Shown here piece after piece: positions 62,864-64,000 of a DNA stretch of 64,000 nt. The notes under the pieces were generated by a model, which saw only the letters and a list, made by a program, of their open reading frames with translations, was not told the DNA's origin and searched no databases. Source of the stretch: Saprospiraceae bacterium (lineage in GTDB: Bacteria > Bacteroidota > Bacteroidia > Chitinophagales > Saprospiraceae); NCBI GenBank assembly GCA_965222705.1, contig CBDCUO010000032.1, positions 116,308 to 180,307 of the forward strand, given 5' to 3'. The position numbers were made by a program, and so were the translations under genes. Each line of letters opens with the position of its first letter. The stretch's first letter is position 1.

Positions 62864-64000
62864 CTAATTCAGAAGCGGAATTCTCCGTTTAGCAATAATT
62901 TTTTGGTATTTAGGATGGTTGAACAAGCCTTTCAAATCTGGATCACCGTCAAAACGATAAAACATGAATAGTACACCTTTGTCAACGGCCTTTTCCAGTA
63001 AATCGAGTGCAATTTCCCAATTTCCTTCAACAGCCATTGCTTGTGCCATCGCATATTCTGTTGCTCCACGGTCGTAGGGTCTGTTGAGTGCAGCGAGTCG
63101 GTCAAACCATTTTTCTGCATTGGCTTTGTTTTTTAGTTGAAGTTGAATACGAACCATCAAAGAGAGTTGGCTAGGGCTTTGGCTATCTTCTGTCACAACC
63201 TGCTCCAAGGCTCGTGCAGCTTTTTGATATTCTCCTAAGTAATAATAAGACAAAGCTACTTCAAGTTCATTTTCCTTTGTTTCCACACTATTAAGGAATT
63301 TTTTCAGGAACTTGCCTTTATCTAATTCTTCCTCATTTGTTTTCAATCGCCAGGACTGAATAGCTTCCTTGAGTACAGTTGCAAAATGTCTATCCACGTA
63401 TTCCTTTTGCTCAGTAGCTTTAAGAAATTCAACCAATTCTTCTTGTCGGTCGGGAAGGGATGCCAAAATGAATGCTTTCACCTGGTCAGCTCTTGCACTG
63501 GGGAATTTACTGGAATTATTATCAAAAACGGCTAAAGCTTTTTCTATTTCTCCACTTCGCCAATAGGCATCTGCTAGGTATCGCAAACGCCAGGAATAAA
63601 CATACAATTTATCATAGGGAATCAAAGAGTCTGGAGTTTCTGTAAAATTCTGAACTGCCAGCTCTGGCATATTTAATTTGTTTAAAGGAGCATAAGAAGC
63701 TAAATAATTTGTTATAATATCTTTTTTATCCATATTGAAAAGCTCCAAATAGGTTTTAGCGGATTCTTTTCTTTTACCTTGTAAATCATATCGAAAATAT
63801 TGAAGATATTTTTTGTGAAAATCAGAAATACCTTTTTTGCTTTCGAGATCTTTAATAAGTGAGTCCACTTTTGCGTACTCTCCAAAATTAAAATGGCTTT
63901 GAATCAACATTAGTTTTGCAGAATGAAAATTAGAATCCAACTCAATGGCTTTATGGAATAACTTTACCGTTTTTTTATGATCGATGTAAAAATTTTCCCA
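62864..64000 (-). CDS. TPR-like repeat protein, N-terminus beyond the window edge
   Basis: The frame stays open from 63941 to base 64000 with no stop, so the listed TTG start is an artefact. The composition is helical-repeat rich in Y/A/L, for example ALSYYYLGEYQKAARALEQ. Confidence 0.7.
   Translation of the reverse strand, partial: WENFYIDHKKTVKLFHKAIELDSNFHSAKLMLIQSHFNFGEYAKVDSLIKDLESKKGISDFHKKYLQYFRYDLQGKRKESAKTYLELFNMDKKDIITNYLASYAPLNKLNMPELAVQNFTETPDSLIPYDKLYVYSWRLRYLADAYWRSGEIEKALAVFDNNSSKFPSARADQVKAFILASLPDRQEELVEFLKATEQKEYVDRHFATVLKEAIQSWRLKTNEEELDKGKFLKKFLNSVETKENELEVALSYYYLGEYQKAARALEQVVTEDSQSPSQLSLMVRIQLQLKNKANAEKWFDRLAALNRPYDRGATEYAMAQAMAVEGNWEIALDLLEKAVDKGVLFMFYRFDGDPDLKGLFNHPKYQKIIAKRRIPLLN

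Noticed and set aside
1-64000. A search by eye for tRNA, rRNA, tmRNA, RNase P and riboswitch signatures in all spacers longer than 150 bp.
   Set aside because: I found no T-loop (GGTTCGAATCC-like) with an acceptor-stem context, no GAGGAAAGTCC-type RNase P core and no rRNA-like stretch. Absence cannot be proven without covariance-model scans.

Overview
This 64-kb window looks like chromosomal DNA from a low-GC, gliding member of the Bacteroidota. That is an inference from T9SS sorting domains, PorP/SprF genes, a gldA-gldF-gldG cluster, a short 288-aa primary sigma factor and TAnnTTTG-type promoter motifs. All domain calls were made by eye from motifs in the supplied translations. No HMM, BLAST or folding search was run.

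About a quarter of the window encodes three giant, repeat-rich surface proteins with type-B T9SS C-terminal sorting domains:
- 1..3650, truncated at the window edge.
- 20306..25580, split by a single-T frameshift.
- 50283..57233.
The last two are each followed by their own PorP/SprF gene, and the third is also followed by a TPR/PD40/OmpA protein.

The remaining content falls into these groups:
- **Housekeeping:** phoH, an MFS transporter, prmA, a cysteine-synthase family gene, a NUDIX hydrolase, yggS, rpoD, a sugar porter and an NADP oxidoreductase.
- **Signalling:** a small HisKA_3 kinase with a LuxR-type regulator, a 1251-aa polytopic kinase, and a soluble TPR-LytS-type kinase.
- **Mobile DNA:** one IS1-family element with an A8 frameshift site, sitting in an ORF-poor stretch.

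The candidates most worth follow-up are:
1. A cohesin-like module locus: a single-module type-A-CTD protein plus a seven-module scaffold with SprB repeats, a type-B CTD and its own PorP/SprF.
2. A patatin/cPLA2-like lipase whose Ser and Asp motifs are about 690 aa apart, separated by a block of at least 8 hydrophobic helices. It is transcribed divergently from an S24 self-cleaving repressor whose start codon sits in an 11-bp tandem repeat.
3. A membrane-spanning caspase-family protein.
4. A single-domain voltage-gated channel with a Cav-like TLEGWAD pore.
5. A T9SS-tagged vanadium-haloperoxidase-like enzyme.

I recognised no rRNA, tRNA or CRISPR array, and no canonical defence operon.
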